Source: Marsupella aquatica
Taxonomy: Eukaryota; Plantae; Marchantiophyta
Assembly: GCA_973895155.1 (NCBI GenBank)
Contig: OZ316892.1
Span: forward strand, 12,650,238-12,714,237
Length of the DNA stretch: 64,000 nt
Direction of reading: 5' to 3'
Under the pieces are notes generated by a model. It did not search any database and had not been told where the DNA came from. It worked only from the letters and a program-made list of their open reading frames with translations. Shown one piece after another: positions 44,607-60,328 of the stretch (position 1 is the stretch's first letter; every line of letters begins with the position of its first letter). The position numbers were made by a program, and so were the translations under genes.

Positions 44607-45714
44607 CAAAGTGACCCTCCAGTTTGCATTGGTGAAAAATGTCACTAGTGCCCCCATATCTTGTAAGTTGCTCTTATTGGTTAGCCACAGTGTTGGGCAA
44701 TTTGTAGTATATATGTCAAGATTCAGACCTGCTCAAGACACTCTTCAACCAGGGTAGGCATATCTTTGCCGTCACCACTCCATAAGTTGGAGCTCTTCTT
44801 CTGTTCACACTGGCAAGGTTGGTTTTGAGAGTCCAGATGGAACTTTCTATCCCACCTGCTCTAATTCCAAGAATTCTTTCCTTGTGATCCTAAATCCAAT
44901 CATGTGGTACCACTACCTATTGTTTAGTGATCACTCCTGCAAGCAGTTATATATGCACCAATTTGTCATGTAGCCCAAAGTTTGAGTGAAATGTGTCTAG
45001 CTTCCACAGAAGATAACTAGGTTCCCTGACTTTGGGTTTGCTGTTTTGATCCAAGCTTGGAAGGATAGATCATCTGGAGCAGCAAGGCCAATCTACAATT
45101 GTCCTGATTGATCAACTGGATCATCTTGGATACATAATTTAATCTGTCCCCTTGTGGACATGGTGTGCATGTCAGTAATCAAACCAATATTCTCTGCTGT
45201 GCATTTGGCACAGAAGACAAAGAAGGAGATGGACAGGAAATCCAACAAGGTTTCAATATGCATGTAGATTACATATCATACTACTCACAATTCAAGCTGA
45301 GAACCCAAAGCAAAGCCTAAGCTCTGAACACCTGCACCCCAGTGGGGTGCTTCCTCACTCTCCTCAAGCATATCCTGGAGGCTCCCTACACCTTCCTGGA
45401 GGCGTTTGCTAATAAGGGTAGCTCTACAGGACATCCAGGGCATATGTGATTTATGTTTTGCAAAAGCAAACTCGAGACCACTTCTTGTTCTAAAGATACT
45501 GTCCAGACCAAACATCTTTTGAAATGAAGTTCAATAACTTCAAAATTCTTGAATGAAGGGCCCAGAGTTTGGACATGTTTGATACACCTCCAGAGGTGAT
45601 CTAAAATTCTAGACAAAATACGTACTCCACATTAGCATTTCTTTGACTCATTATTGTACCTAAATGGACCCTCAAGTTCTTGCTCATTATTGTACATGTA
45701 AAGCCACCTGCGGC

Positions 45715-45879
45715 CGGTACCACTCATTCATTGCAGTCCAGATTCCAGATTTAATCTCAGAGGGATGAAAAGAAACGATGGCGGTACCACTCATTACACA
45801 GTCCAGATTTAATCTCAGAGGGAATGAAATGAAGCGAAGGCCAACCTCTTGTAAAGCCCCCTACCTCTTGTAAAGCCCC

Positions 45880-45882
<3 letters not shown>
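45715..45882. repeat. Short tandem duplications in the AOR 3' UTR (about 67 bp x2; 19 bp x2 including the stop codon)
   Basis: CGGTACCACTCATT...CAGATTTAATCTCAGAGGGA occurs twice. CCTCTTGTAAAGCCCCCTA occurs twice (45845-45882). Confidence 0.85.
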
Positions 45883-48419
<2,537 letters not shown>

Positions 48420-48857
48420 CCTGCAAAACAGGGAGGAAGCAATCGCAGCAGAGCAAAGAATGCTTGCCGAGCTCCTTCGGATGATCTAATTTTTAAATTA
48501 GACAGGTCTTGGCAATGGTAAGAGCGCAGCTCAGCTCGAGGGTGCCAGTATTGTCTACTCGTTCCGACATAGATTCAACTAGCAAAAGCGAGGAAACCTC
48601 AGCTTTCCACCATCGCCATTCGGCAAGCTTTACGGAGATGGACATTATTCCTCCCTCGGCTCCATCCATATATTCCAGTTGCTCTATCCGAATGTTATTG
48701 CACTCAGCTCTCGCTAAGCGCATACTTCATAAGTGCAAAATAAGTGCAAAGGGTTCAGCCATTCCAAAAAATATAATTAAGTAAACGACCATTATTGTAA
48801 TGCAAATGTAGCCCCTATCTAGAAAAGGCTCCCAATCATTAAAAAAAATATTGTATA

Positions 48858-50150
48858 CTAACCCCATGCCTGCGCGTTGCACAACAGATGTTGAGGCGAG
48901 AAAAGATGTTGAGTTGAAGAAAAGAGGTTGAGATGAAAAAAGATGTGGATGAGAGAAAAGATATTGAGGTGAGTAAACGAAGTCTAGGTGATAAAAAGTT
49001 GTCGAGGAGAGACAAGATTGTTGAGCATAGACGACATTCGCAACGGCAAGCCCATGAACCATTCAATGCACAATAGTCGACACAGAGAAATACGTGGTTC
49101 ACCTCCACATGAGGCTACGTCCACGGGAACACACAAGAGCTTTACTGCACTCTAGGTCGACCGGCCATACCAAGCATCCACAGCACATTGTCAAGCTCTC
49201 TCTATCTCAGCTCCGTAACAATGAGCCTAAGTTCCACCAGGGTCTGGCATCAGCCCTGACTATATGCACAACAGCACTACCGCTAACATTAGCTAAGTCT
49301 TAACCCGAGTTAGACTAACTGTGGTTAGCTCATGAGTCACAAGACTAGAGCAATATCTAACAAAGATGGCGACGTAAGAAAAAGATGAGAAAAAGATGTC
49401 AAGAAGATAAAAGATGTTGAGGGTGAGGAAAAGACATCATGGTGAGATAAAGTTGTCAAGAGAAAACGATAGCAAGATGAGAAAAAATAAATATGTTAAG
49501 GCGAGAAAAGAGGTTGAGGTGAAGAAGAGATGTCAAGCTAGATGAAACACGATCTCAAGGCGAGAAAATATGTCGAGGCTGAGAAAAAAATGTCATGATG
49601 AGATCAAGATGTCAATGTGATCTCGAAAAAAAGATGTCAAAACAAAGTAAAAATGTTAAGGTGAGATAATATGTAAATATTAAAAAATATGCCAAAGTGA
49701 GAAAAGATGTCAAGGACTAGGCAAGGCAAAAATATATAAAGTTTGCAATGTATTGTTGAGACATGTCATGTGTGATACTAACTATGTAGTTGTTGTGGTC
49801 GTGTTCAATAACCTGTGCATTGCACATAGAAATTGGGGACACATCATAAAGTCCAAACACAACTAGTGATAGGAACAAATATGTTTTTTTACTTTGAATC
49901 TGTTAGAGAAATAATTTCTTTTCTATTTTATTTATATTCAATAGTTTACAAAAAATGTTTAAATTTAAAGAATTTAAATGTAAATTAATTTTGATAATTT
50001 TTAATTAATTTCTATCTTGGGCAGGTGGCAACAGGCTAAAGGGCAACTTGGGTAAAAAAATTATTTTAGATCGAGTGTACGGATGGATCTGATGGTGTAA
50101 AACTAATAATATTTTGATGAAGGGTCACGATTGGTTCCTACTTTTCCTTC
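48858..50150 (-). mobile_element. Helitron-like element, copy 3 (inverted, shorter form), interrupted by a solo LTR
   Basis: The reverse complement of 49720-50140 matches 3720-4170, and the GAGAAAAGATGTCAAGGT minisatellite is the reverse of that in copies 1-2. The minus-strand end is TGTGCAACGCGCAGGCATGGGG-TTAG|T at 48858. Confidence 0.65.
49019..49362. mobile_element. Solo LTR (344 bp) with 5-bp target-site duplication
   Basis: It begins TGTT (49019) and ends AACA (49362), flanked by AAGAT at 49014-49018 and 49363-49367. It interrupts the minisatellite with unrelated sequence. Confidence 0.85.
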
Positions 50151-53100
50151 TTGTTTGGCAAATAGTCCACACCAAACATAATTCACTTTTGGCTTAATAT
50201 TCCTTCAAAATTTTCACTCAGGTTTTCATTTTCTTCACTCAAAACAGTACGTCAAATTTGAATGACAATTTGAATGACAACCACTGCATTTTTTGACGTT
50301 ACCTTGCATTATGACTTTTGATTCTGCTTTGGTGGGGATGTTTTAATTAGGTAAGGATCACACCTGTTATCAAAAAACCACATGAAGATAAACCCCCAGG
50401 TATACTTCAACAAAACATTCACCATATTATCTTCTATTGAATACTAGGTGATCCAAGGTTGCAAGTTAGGCACCTCCAACTAGAGACCAGAGATTGAAGA
50501 CCACCTGGTCATCATCAAAAGAAGGGTATAATTTTCTGTAAGCCAGGTCTTTAGGGTTATTTTTGTTCATTACCTATTAGATGCAAAGGTAAATGCAAGA
50601 TACTACAAGGCCACATATTGTAGTGGTTGTTGCATACATATAAAATACTTGATATAAGTTACAAAAGAAGGAATATTATTTATTTTATGCTATACAACTT
50701 TGGTCAAAATAATATAAAATTACTTATTTTGGATCCCAATGTTTTTATGTCATTGACCCCCTACAAAGTACACCAGTTGGCCGTTTGGCAATTATCCCTC
50801 CTGGAATTGTCTTGCCTAATCATGAGTGACAAGTCTTTCACTTAGCGTCACCTGTATATTGTAGTATGAGTTAAAAGAGAGTGTTACAACCCTATCACTT
50901 ATCAATTGTGTATCAAATATCATTTGTATGTCGAATGTTCCTACTTGCTCCCTGCTCTTCCCTGTCAGTTTTGACGGGTTAGACACCCCATTGCATTGTT
51001 ACTAGTTATGGTATATGGACGGACATCAGACTACTCTGCTCATACCATACACACGAGTAAACATTCATCCTTTGTACCTCAGTATATAATTTTACTCTTT
51101 CTAATTTTCAATGCATCAACGGAGAAGAATGAGCATTCAGGATTTGGATTGCCTCATTATGAAACTTCTCTTCTAATTTACTTAAAAGTGTGAAAAAAGG
51201 GTCTGGTAGGCCTTTAAATGTAATAATGTCATGGTACCGGAGAATTCTGGGTAATAATAGCCCCTCAAACTTTTTGCCCTCATTTTTCAAAGCATTATGA
51301 CCCACATTTTTTTGTTTTTTCATTTTGAAAAGGGGGCGTGTAAACCCATCAATACCAGGCAAGGGGACTAAAGCCACCCAAGTAAAGGAAACAAAGAGGG
51401 GCCCCAGCACCTGGGGGCCAAAGAACCCCAAGAAAAACACCCAAACCACTAATCAGGCCAAGGAACCCTAAGAAACCACCAAATGGTGCCCATATTGGTG
51501 TTCCAAACAGGCTTATCCCTATTTTGTTACTTCTACCAAGCGGCATAAATTCCAATTAATCCGTGTACCCCCATGTTATTTTATAGGCAATTATTTAGAA
51601 ACTGAAGCCTAGATGGACCTCCAAATCTAAAGAAAAAAATTCAAAAATGGACAAGTCAATGTTTGACACTTGAAACAGTTGCCAAACTTACCAAGGCAAC
51701 TATAATTAACATCAATCACAAAACCAGATGCAATGTGAACTACTGTTTAATGTGTGGGTACCTTAATTGCCCACTTCAGCAAAACGGTGCTCGACGGTTT
51801 CCTCCACAATACTGAAGGGATGCTGGATGCACTCAAGTTGCATCGAAAGTAATCACTTTTCAATTCCTACACGCAGATAGACAACGAGAGAGAAGTCATC
51901 AAATCACTAACTTCACATAATTGCTTAAGACAAAAAGTTTCATGGCAACAAATCTCCAACTGTGGAATTTGGAATCGATCAAAAGCTAGAGAAATTTATA
52001 AAATCATGACCACTTTAGTCTTGATAAAATCTCCCAATGTCACACTCACTGGAAAACCAAAGAACATTGGAAAGCCAAAGAACATTGGAAACTTATAATC
52101 TCCTCAGAACTTAATTAAATCTATCAATATTAAGTTCATTAAAAAGCTAAAGAAATTCTAAAATTCCTAATCTCCTTATTACTCAATAAGATCTGCCAAT
52201 TTTAGGTTCATTTTCATGGAAGGGGTTAACATTTCAGGGGTTGTACAACAAAGATTTCTATTCACATTAGAGATTATGAAAGCACGGGTAAAATCTATTT
52301 TTCAAATTACTTACTCAATTCTTATCGAATGGTGACAATGCTGAGCTCATCAGGACCGTCTGTTCAAGATCTTTTCGAAGCCATATTATACAAGAGTTTT
52401 CATTATGATTTGACTTAGCAATGTCAGACCAAAAATTGTTGCCGGGAAAATTTATATGTTTTGAATAAAATCAAAATGTAAATAAAACTGTTCCAGGGAG
52501 CAATTTTACCTCAATCTTTTGTCTTTTGATTTGCATGTCAGTTTTTTTACATTCTTTTTTATGGCATGGCGTCCTAATTTTACAGCAAAGTTGCCACAAA
52601 CACGAATGCAGAAGTTAATTTTATCCAAAAACAAGTTTGTTATTGTTTACAGCGTGCCATGATGATGTGGCGCGCTGTGGAGCCAGGAATTTTGCAAAGG
52701 ACCCCTAATGGGGGTCCGTAAAAAAAACCTTGGGCTGTCTAGAATTATCAACCATAGCCATCCTACTCTTGTTATCTGCATTGTTCCTGTTGCTACCACT
52801 AGGTTGGTCCCAACTCTTCAGGTCATGAGAGCTACTCCCATGATTAACATCCTTAGTGTAGTGGGTAGTACTTTTGTCTTGGCTAGGGTCAGGCCACCTC
52901 ATAGTGCTGAGATGTTTGTCAGCCATCTGCATCATCCAAATTCCCCATAATCAACATCTTACTATTTATTTATAAAGCGCCAACTACAAGCTAGAGTTGG
53001 GACCTAGGTTCCTAGAGTGAAACCTCTAGACTATAACTCCATGGCTCATCATGTGGATGGGAAACACATGACCATGATGTATGTCAAATAATAAGCATGT

Positions 53101-56100
53101 ATGCCATATGTCATGATTTATATTTACATTAAAAATGAACTTTATGACCACCATAACATATGTGCATAGAAAGAGAGATGTTTCTAGAAAAGAGTATAGT
53201 ACGCTCTATATAATTATTAAAATGATTATATGCATGATGGTTTTTTTATCAATTTATTAACCTTCAAAGAATATGAATAAAGAATGTATTTTGGTGACAT
53301 TTTTTTGTCCTCCCCGCTGTTCATGTTCAAAGAACGGGTAATCAGGGCTAGTATTCACAATGAGAGATCTTAATCTTAAATGTGAATTCTTCTCCACAAA
53401 TGCATTGGAAAAAAATTACAAGAGGCATAAAAAACCAATTAACATCCTGTTGTTGGGGGCCATCATGCCTAGAACATTGAGGGCTTTAGCTCAAGCTTTT
53501 AGTGGCTATTATTGTCCATAATGCCCTGGTAGTACACATTCAAAGCCTTAAAGGCCCAAGCAACATTTTGTTTTCAACAGTTCTAGCAAAAGTAGAGGAG
53601 AAGTTTCATAATGAGCCTATTAAAATCAAGAAATTAGCTTGGTGGGACCCCACACAATAAAAACTAGCTTGATGAGGGACACTAATGCTCTACTTTCTTG
53701 GTGGGTGGTGTGGGTGTGTGTTGTGGGAAGTGCTCATAACCAGCATGAACTTCCCACAACACACAACCAAACCTTCTCCTGTCCCTCCTGAATGTTTTCT
53801 AAGCCTGCCCAAACATCAGCTGCCTCTAGGTTGCAACATTTTTCCTCCTGGGTACTCTCACTTTGATTTTTGGCAAGAATAGTTTTGTTCTTGAAATGGG
53901 CACTTTACTTGAATGAAAGTAAGTCTAAAAAAGCAGGGCTAACACACCAGACCAACAAACCAGGTCAATGGCCAAAATCCACCCAAGAGTAAACACATTC
54001 AGTCGTGGGAGCCAGGGAAAAAAGGAAACACACGAAAAGGCGACCAACCGTCACCCACCAAGAAACAAGGGAAACCAAAAAACCGCAAATGAGAGGCTGC
54101 CTCAGCCAAAAGCACAGGAAGAGAACTAACTATCCAAGGCTAAATCAGAATGACTGAACCCTAACAAACATCCAGAATAACGGATTCCTCATCTGCAGAA
54201 CCAAAACCAACCAATGCCTACCACACCTATGAGAAACCAAATGTCCAAGAGCACGTACAGTCTGTCAAGGTGGGTCGAAAGCACTCCAACGCCACTATCC
54301 AACCAACATCGCATCCTCCTCCAGCCAAAGAAGATCACTGTCCTGTTCTAAATCCCTGATAAATTGTCCAACCAACTCTTGCCTACATCTCCCAAACTCT
54401 GTGGGATGGGCTAAACATGGCAACCATGCAATCTTAAACCACAAGTAAGTATACTTATACTCGGAGTGACTCAGAGTTGGCATACAACAAACACAATAGT
54501 CGTGTTTTGGACAGGCACACATCCACATCCCTCTGATTGGAGCTCAGAAAAATTGTGTCCATTCATGATACTTTGCAATCTACATTTCAAATTGAAGCTC
54601 TTTCAAAGATCTACGGCTCAGAAAAAATAGCACCCAAAAATCATTAAAAAAACAAGTAAGGAAAAAGGGGAAAGAAATCGAGCTTTGCATACATGGGTTG
54701 GGGGAGAAAATTCAAATTTGCGGGCAGGCTGGGCAGGGATAGCTGGCCCGTGAAAGGAACCCATGAGAAGGCAGTGTGGGGAGCAAGGGCAGGACCGTTT
54801 GAGGTGCATGCTTGGTCCCGGTTTGTCGTGACATATTTCATGTTCATATGTAGTTTTGGGTTACCCAAAGCCAAACAGACTCTCATCCTATTGGTAAGAA
54901 CCCACAGCTCCCAAACAACGGGCAGTGGATTAATCTTGCTGGTGTTGCGCATTACCTTTTACTCCTGCGCAGGTACCTGAGGTGGGTGACAATGAGGTAT
55001 GGTGTTAGGGCTGTGGATTAGATTAGGATTTAGTGCAACCGTAACTCCCATTTTGGCTCCAACAGTCCTCCATTGGGCAACGGCCCAGGGTGAACAAAGG
55101 CGCAAAGAACACCAAACAGGGCACCAAGTTTGGGACCAAGTTCCCTTCATTTCTCATTCCTCTTTGTTTTGTGCTTACTTGTCTTTGGTGTTTACTTTTG
55201 TTTCCTTGGTTCTTACTTTATTTTCTTTGTTGCTTACTTTCCTTACCTTATAGGTTGTATAATGTTTTTGAACAATGTGAGTGCAAATCTTTTTCCATTC
55301 ACCGGGTTGGGCTTGGCATCCGGTCGCTGTTCTGGGGTTAGGTTTTTTTCAGGTAGGTTGCACATAGATTAGTATGAGAAATGAAAGACAACCACCCCCA
55401 CAGCCACCTGATCTTCCAGATGGGAGGCGGAAATGTCATCCAGGAGGAGGTATGGCTATCTAGGTCGCCTGAGATCCGGGTCCCACTTGAGCGATTGGAT
55501 GAGTGGGAGGAGCTCAAAGCTTTGCTTGGACAGGATACAACACACTCTAGAGTCATATACTTTTCACATGGTTACTTGATCGTTGCCGACCTAAAGTTGA
55601 AGATCTCCAAGCTCGGGGGCCTCAATCCAAGGGGTGTCTAATATCACGCTCGAAGTTTTGGGGGAATAAACACCCTAAAAGTTAAGTCAATAAAGTTTTT
55701 TTTAGGAAATTTTTTAGGGTTTATAAGTGAAAAATATTTTTTTGCAATTAAATATTGTCATTTTTTATTAAAAAACCCCTAAAAACTTTAAAGAAAATGT
55801 TTTTTGCAATTAAATAGGCCTATGTGTTCTTTAAAGTCAACCAGTCAATAAAACATGCCCTATGTGTTCTTCCACCAAACTTTGGAAGTCTTCCGCCACA
55901 CCCATTTAAATGGGCCTATACTTCGTCGCACGTGATGTGCCACTTCTGTGGAAGTGACCCCCCCGAGCCTCCCCATCACCTGCGATGTTTTTAGGCCTCG
56001 GACCCCCTAAGATGTAAGATTTTTAAAATTTTTCAACCCCTATAAGTTGGAATATTCCAAAAATTTGGCTATAAGGACCCTAATGTTCTTATAAGTATCA

Positions 56101-56682
56101 AAATTTGATTTAAAAGACCCTATTGTTCTTCTCAGAAAATTCTTAAGTTTTCCCTTTGAACCAATAAAATTACCCTATACTTTGTCGCACGTGATGTGTC
56201 ATTTTTGTGGAAGTGAAACCCCCGTGCTGGGTAGTCTATATTGGCTACCAAAAGGGTGAGAAAGGGTTTACAGGACCAAGTGGCACAAAAGTTGGTTGTC
56301 AATATATATTTTTCTTTCCATGAGGATCAATCATCGAAGGAGGGGAGAAAATGGCTAAAACACCAAGTGCTCACAAAGTTGAGGGATAACTGGTACCAGT
56401 GCTAGTAGTACCATGAGGGGTTACCAGTACCAATGCTAGTAATACTAGCAATAACAAAATCAACAATTGATTTTGATGGAGGATAATCATGTAGGTGGTC
56501 ACCTTGACGACCATTACGAATTTAGATAAGTATGGTACGTGGTATCTTTGTAACAAATTGGATAGTGATTATTCTAGAGGTACTGATAGCTGACAAAAGA
56601 TGATCATATTTGTCCGCAAAGGCAAAGTGGGGTGATGCCGTGCAAACAAACGTAGATGCAACCACCACATAAGTTAGAACAA

Positions 56683-57150
56683 GAAGGAAAACAAGTCATT
56701 GATTGCAAGTAAGTGTTCAAGAAGGATGATAGTGTTTCTAAACAATACAAGAAGATGAAAGGTGTGAACTACAATGAGGCCTTCTCTCTAGTAATAGCAA
56801 TGGCACTTGGAGCTTAGTTATGACACTTGTTGTTTTGTTTGGCTTTTGCATGGAGCATTGGAGCATGTGGATACAGTCAACAACATTATTTCATGGACTG
56901 TATGTGATGAATTGATTGCATGGGGTGCATGGGAAAGGGTAAGGAGAATCTTGTTAGCAAGTTGTTGAAGATTCTATATAAGTATGCTAAGACAGTTTGT
57001 CAACTACGGCTTAATTCTAGTTGATTCTAGGAAAAGAGGGGAGTAACTTTCTAGAATTTTTCGTGGAGTTACATGTGGAGAAGAAGTGTGTATCTCATTC
57101 TTGAACCAGAGCTGAGTATGTTGCAAAAGCAGAAGCAATGTAGGAGCCAT
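56683..57150 (+). mobile_element. Degenerate Ty1/Copia RT-RNase H remnant
   Basis: Ordered motif relics: EGKQVIDCK*VFKK (about 56683), GVNYNEAFSLV (56761), GKENLVSKLLKILY (56938) and AEYVAKAEA (57111). They correspond to Copia GCKWVFK, GIDYxETFSPV, VCKLKKSLY and EAEYVA. Confidence 0.75.
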
Positions 57151-59491
57151 TGTAGTTGAACAATCCCGTTAGACTAGTGGAGAGGGCCTGTACCCTTCAG
57201 AGAGCACTTAATTTATTGTGCTCATACTAGAGAGAGACCCACAGACTATCTTAAAGCAACTTGTTAGCTTGCCAGGCTATGATCGACATACAGTATCAAT
57301 GCACAATGTTTTCTTCTCTTGGCTCTAGACATAACACAAACAGGGTGAACCACATATCTCTATGTTGGTATTGATTGTATGTTGTCACAGGTTCCATGTA
57401 ATGTTGTGCTGCCAATTTCATCACAACATAAAGAAGATCGTCACAACCCATGCAACCAATTGCCAGTGTAAGGTATTAGTGCTTCCATCTACCATTTTGC
57501 GTGTGGAATTTTCTTACCCACTCCCTTCTCTTCCATATCAATTTTAACATGTGAGACACTCCAGATGTGTTGTTACTAGTTTAGGTAGATGCCTGGACAT
57601 AGGACTAGTGCTCACATACCATACACATGGGTAGACACTCATACTTTGTACCCTCATAATTTTTCTCTTCATAACTTTCTGTGCATTTATGGAGAAGAAT
57701 GAACATTCAAGATTTGGAATGCTCCTCTAGTTTTATTAGAAACAGTGAAGCAATAAATCTTGTAGGCCTTTAAGTGTAATAATGTCATATTACCATAGCA
57801 TTGTGGGCACTAATAGCCCCTCAAAACCATTGCTGGAGGGGCATTAAATCACAACTGCCCTTCAAAAGCTATGGTTTACCTGTAGTTACCATTAAAGGGA
57901 ATTTTTTTCTGAAATTGTGGAGCAAACTGGTTTGCTAGAGGAGAAGAGTGATTGAAATGAGGAAAAAGAGGGAGGTCTTGGACAGTTCCCCTTATATAGG
58001 GCAAGTTGTGGTTTAAGAATATTGCAACATTTTGTCGTTGTGGGCCATAATTTCCTGAAAAATGAAGGCTCTAGCTCAAGTTTTGAATGACTGTCATTGC
58101 TCGTAATGCTCTGGTAATAGGACATTAATGCACTTAAAGGCCTAGGAGAACTTCAGTTTTTATCATATTAGTAGAAGCAAAGGAGAAGTTTCATAATGAG
58201 ATCATCCAAATTGGGAAATTAGCTTGATGAGGCAACCATAGGGGCCACTCTCTTGGTGCAATGCAAGAGGTGCATGAAAGTGCTCATACCTAGCAATAAG
58301 TGAGTGAGAAGAGGGAGAGACCCAAACTGACAAGCAAAGCCTTCTCTTGTCCCTCCTTAAAAAATTCAATGCCTGCCCAAACATCCATCAGACACCTCTA
58401 CCTCACAACAATTTCTCCTCCCAGGTACTCTCACTTTGTTTTTTAGGTGGCTCATTTTGGGAGAGATTACTAATAACACCCTATGCCCCAAAGGGGAGAG
58501 ATTGCTAACATCCTATGCCTAAAAGAACCCAAGCGAAGACTTGGGACCCACCAAGAAAGTATTAGAAAAGTTGGCCTCACCAAGTTAGTGTTTGTGGGAC
58601 CCATCAAGTAAATTTACTCATTATCCAAATCTTTTTTTTTGGTCTTGAACTGAAATGGGGAGGATATACAATTAGACTCCCCCAATCCCAATGTGACAGT
58701 TTTTCTGTAGGGAACCCAGACCAAGGTGAGCCCCAATGGATCCGACAAGGTGAGCCCCAACGGATCCGACAAAGACCCGCACCAGGAAGGAGAGAGGATT
58801 AAATCAGGGCCACAAAGTGGCCGACAAGGGGCGGAGCAGATAATCAGAACTCCAATCCACTACCCACAAAACCAATCCTGGGACCTCTCAGTTCCAGGCG
58901 TTCCAGGCAAATCCCCTAGCCAATCGACCTAAGCCAATTGGTTCATCATCCAAATCTTGAATGTGCGTTCTTCTCTCCAAATGTGATGAAAATTAATAAG
59001 AGAAAACTTAAGAATCTTGAATGTGCATTCTTCTTCATAAATGTGCTGAAAATCAGGACCGTGTCTAGTCCATCCATCTTCTGTATCAAGTAACAACTCG
59101 ACTGCAGCTTCTCACGTGTTAAAACTGACAAGGAAGGAGAGGGAGCGGGACTTCTTGGCGCTCATTGCATTGACTCCCTGAATCAGCAGCTGGGCATGCG
59201 GTGTCCCAGTGTGAGGAGTTGGGTCCTGACAAATTCCTCCATTGTTTTCTCAATTCCATTCCACTTCCTTGCCCTGAAGGCGGGCGCATCTTAGAAAGCT
59301 ATTCCAGTGCACCAGAGGTGTAGTCTCGATCTCTCTTCTCTGCACAATTTGGACAGTCTTGAATGGAATTCGGACAGGTGATTGCCATTTGACCCATTCG
59401 CAGGCCCTACAGCACTCTCGAAATTTTGACGGCAATGTGCTGTGAACTGGAAGCAGTGTGGAACGAAGGCACCCATTGTTTTGGCTCGAGG

Positions 59492-60027
59492 TAAATTGTT
59501 GCTGTTGCCATTTCCCTGTAATTGAACTGTTTAGCAAATTCATTGTTGTGTGCTTCGATCATCTTGGCGACCGTTGTTGCTGCTTCGTCTCCAGACCTCA
59601 CACGAGGTCAGAGGCTCTAGACATCGTCATCAAAATTTGGCTTTGTAGATTCGATCTCTCTCCCATCTAGTGTGCATTGATTGATTGCTGTCGTTCTGCG
59701 AGGTGTGATACACTCCCGCCCCCACCCTTTAACAAGGAATTCCTCGTCAACGTCTAAATTGTTGCTGTTGCCATTTCCCTGTAATTGAACTGTCTAGCAA
59801 ATTCATTGTTGTGTGCTTCGATCATCTTCGCGACCGTTGTTGCTGCTGCGTCTCCAGATCTCACAAGAGGTCAGCGGCTCTAGACATCGTCAGCAATATT
59901 TGGCTATATAGATTCGATCTCTTCAAGTTTCTCTCCCACCTTGTGTGCATTGATTGACTGCTGTCGTTCTGCGAGGTGTGATACACTCCCGCCCCCACCC
60001 TTTAACAAGGAATTTCTCGTCAACGTC
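59492..60027. repeat. Tandem duplication (263 + 273 bp) upstream of the GT4 gene
   Basis: TAAATTGTTGCTGTTGCCATTTCCCTGTAATTGAACTG at 59492 and 59755; both copies end TCGTCAACGTC. Confidence 0.93.
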
Positions 60028-60328
60028 ATCTTGTTAAGTTTCTACTGCACCATATATGTTTTCACAGGGACAGACTGTCTGCTGCATGACTGATTGATCA
60101 ATGTCGTACTTTGGTCGTCCGATGGATATCTTCTTCAGTTCACCTGTAGGCGTACCTTTCGTAGTAGTTTAGGACCCATTCTAACGAATGGCAGAAGATT
60201 AGGAATTATATCGACTCGATAGCGACCTAGACTCTGCTGACGCTGAGCCAAGACTGCGCTGGGAATGCAGAGGAGACCGGGAGTACGAGGAGGAGCTCAC
60301 AATGGTCTAGGGGGAGGACGAGGTGGCA

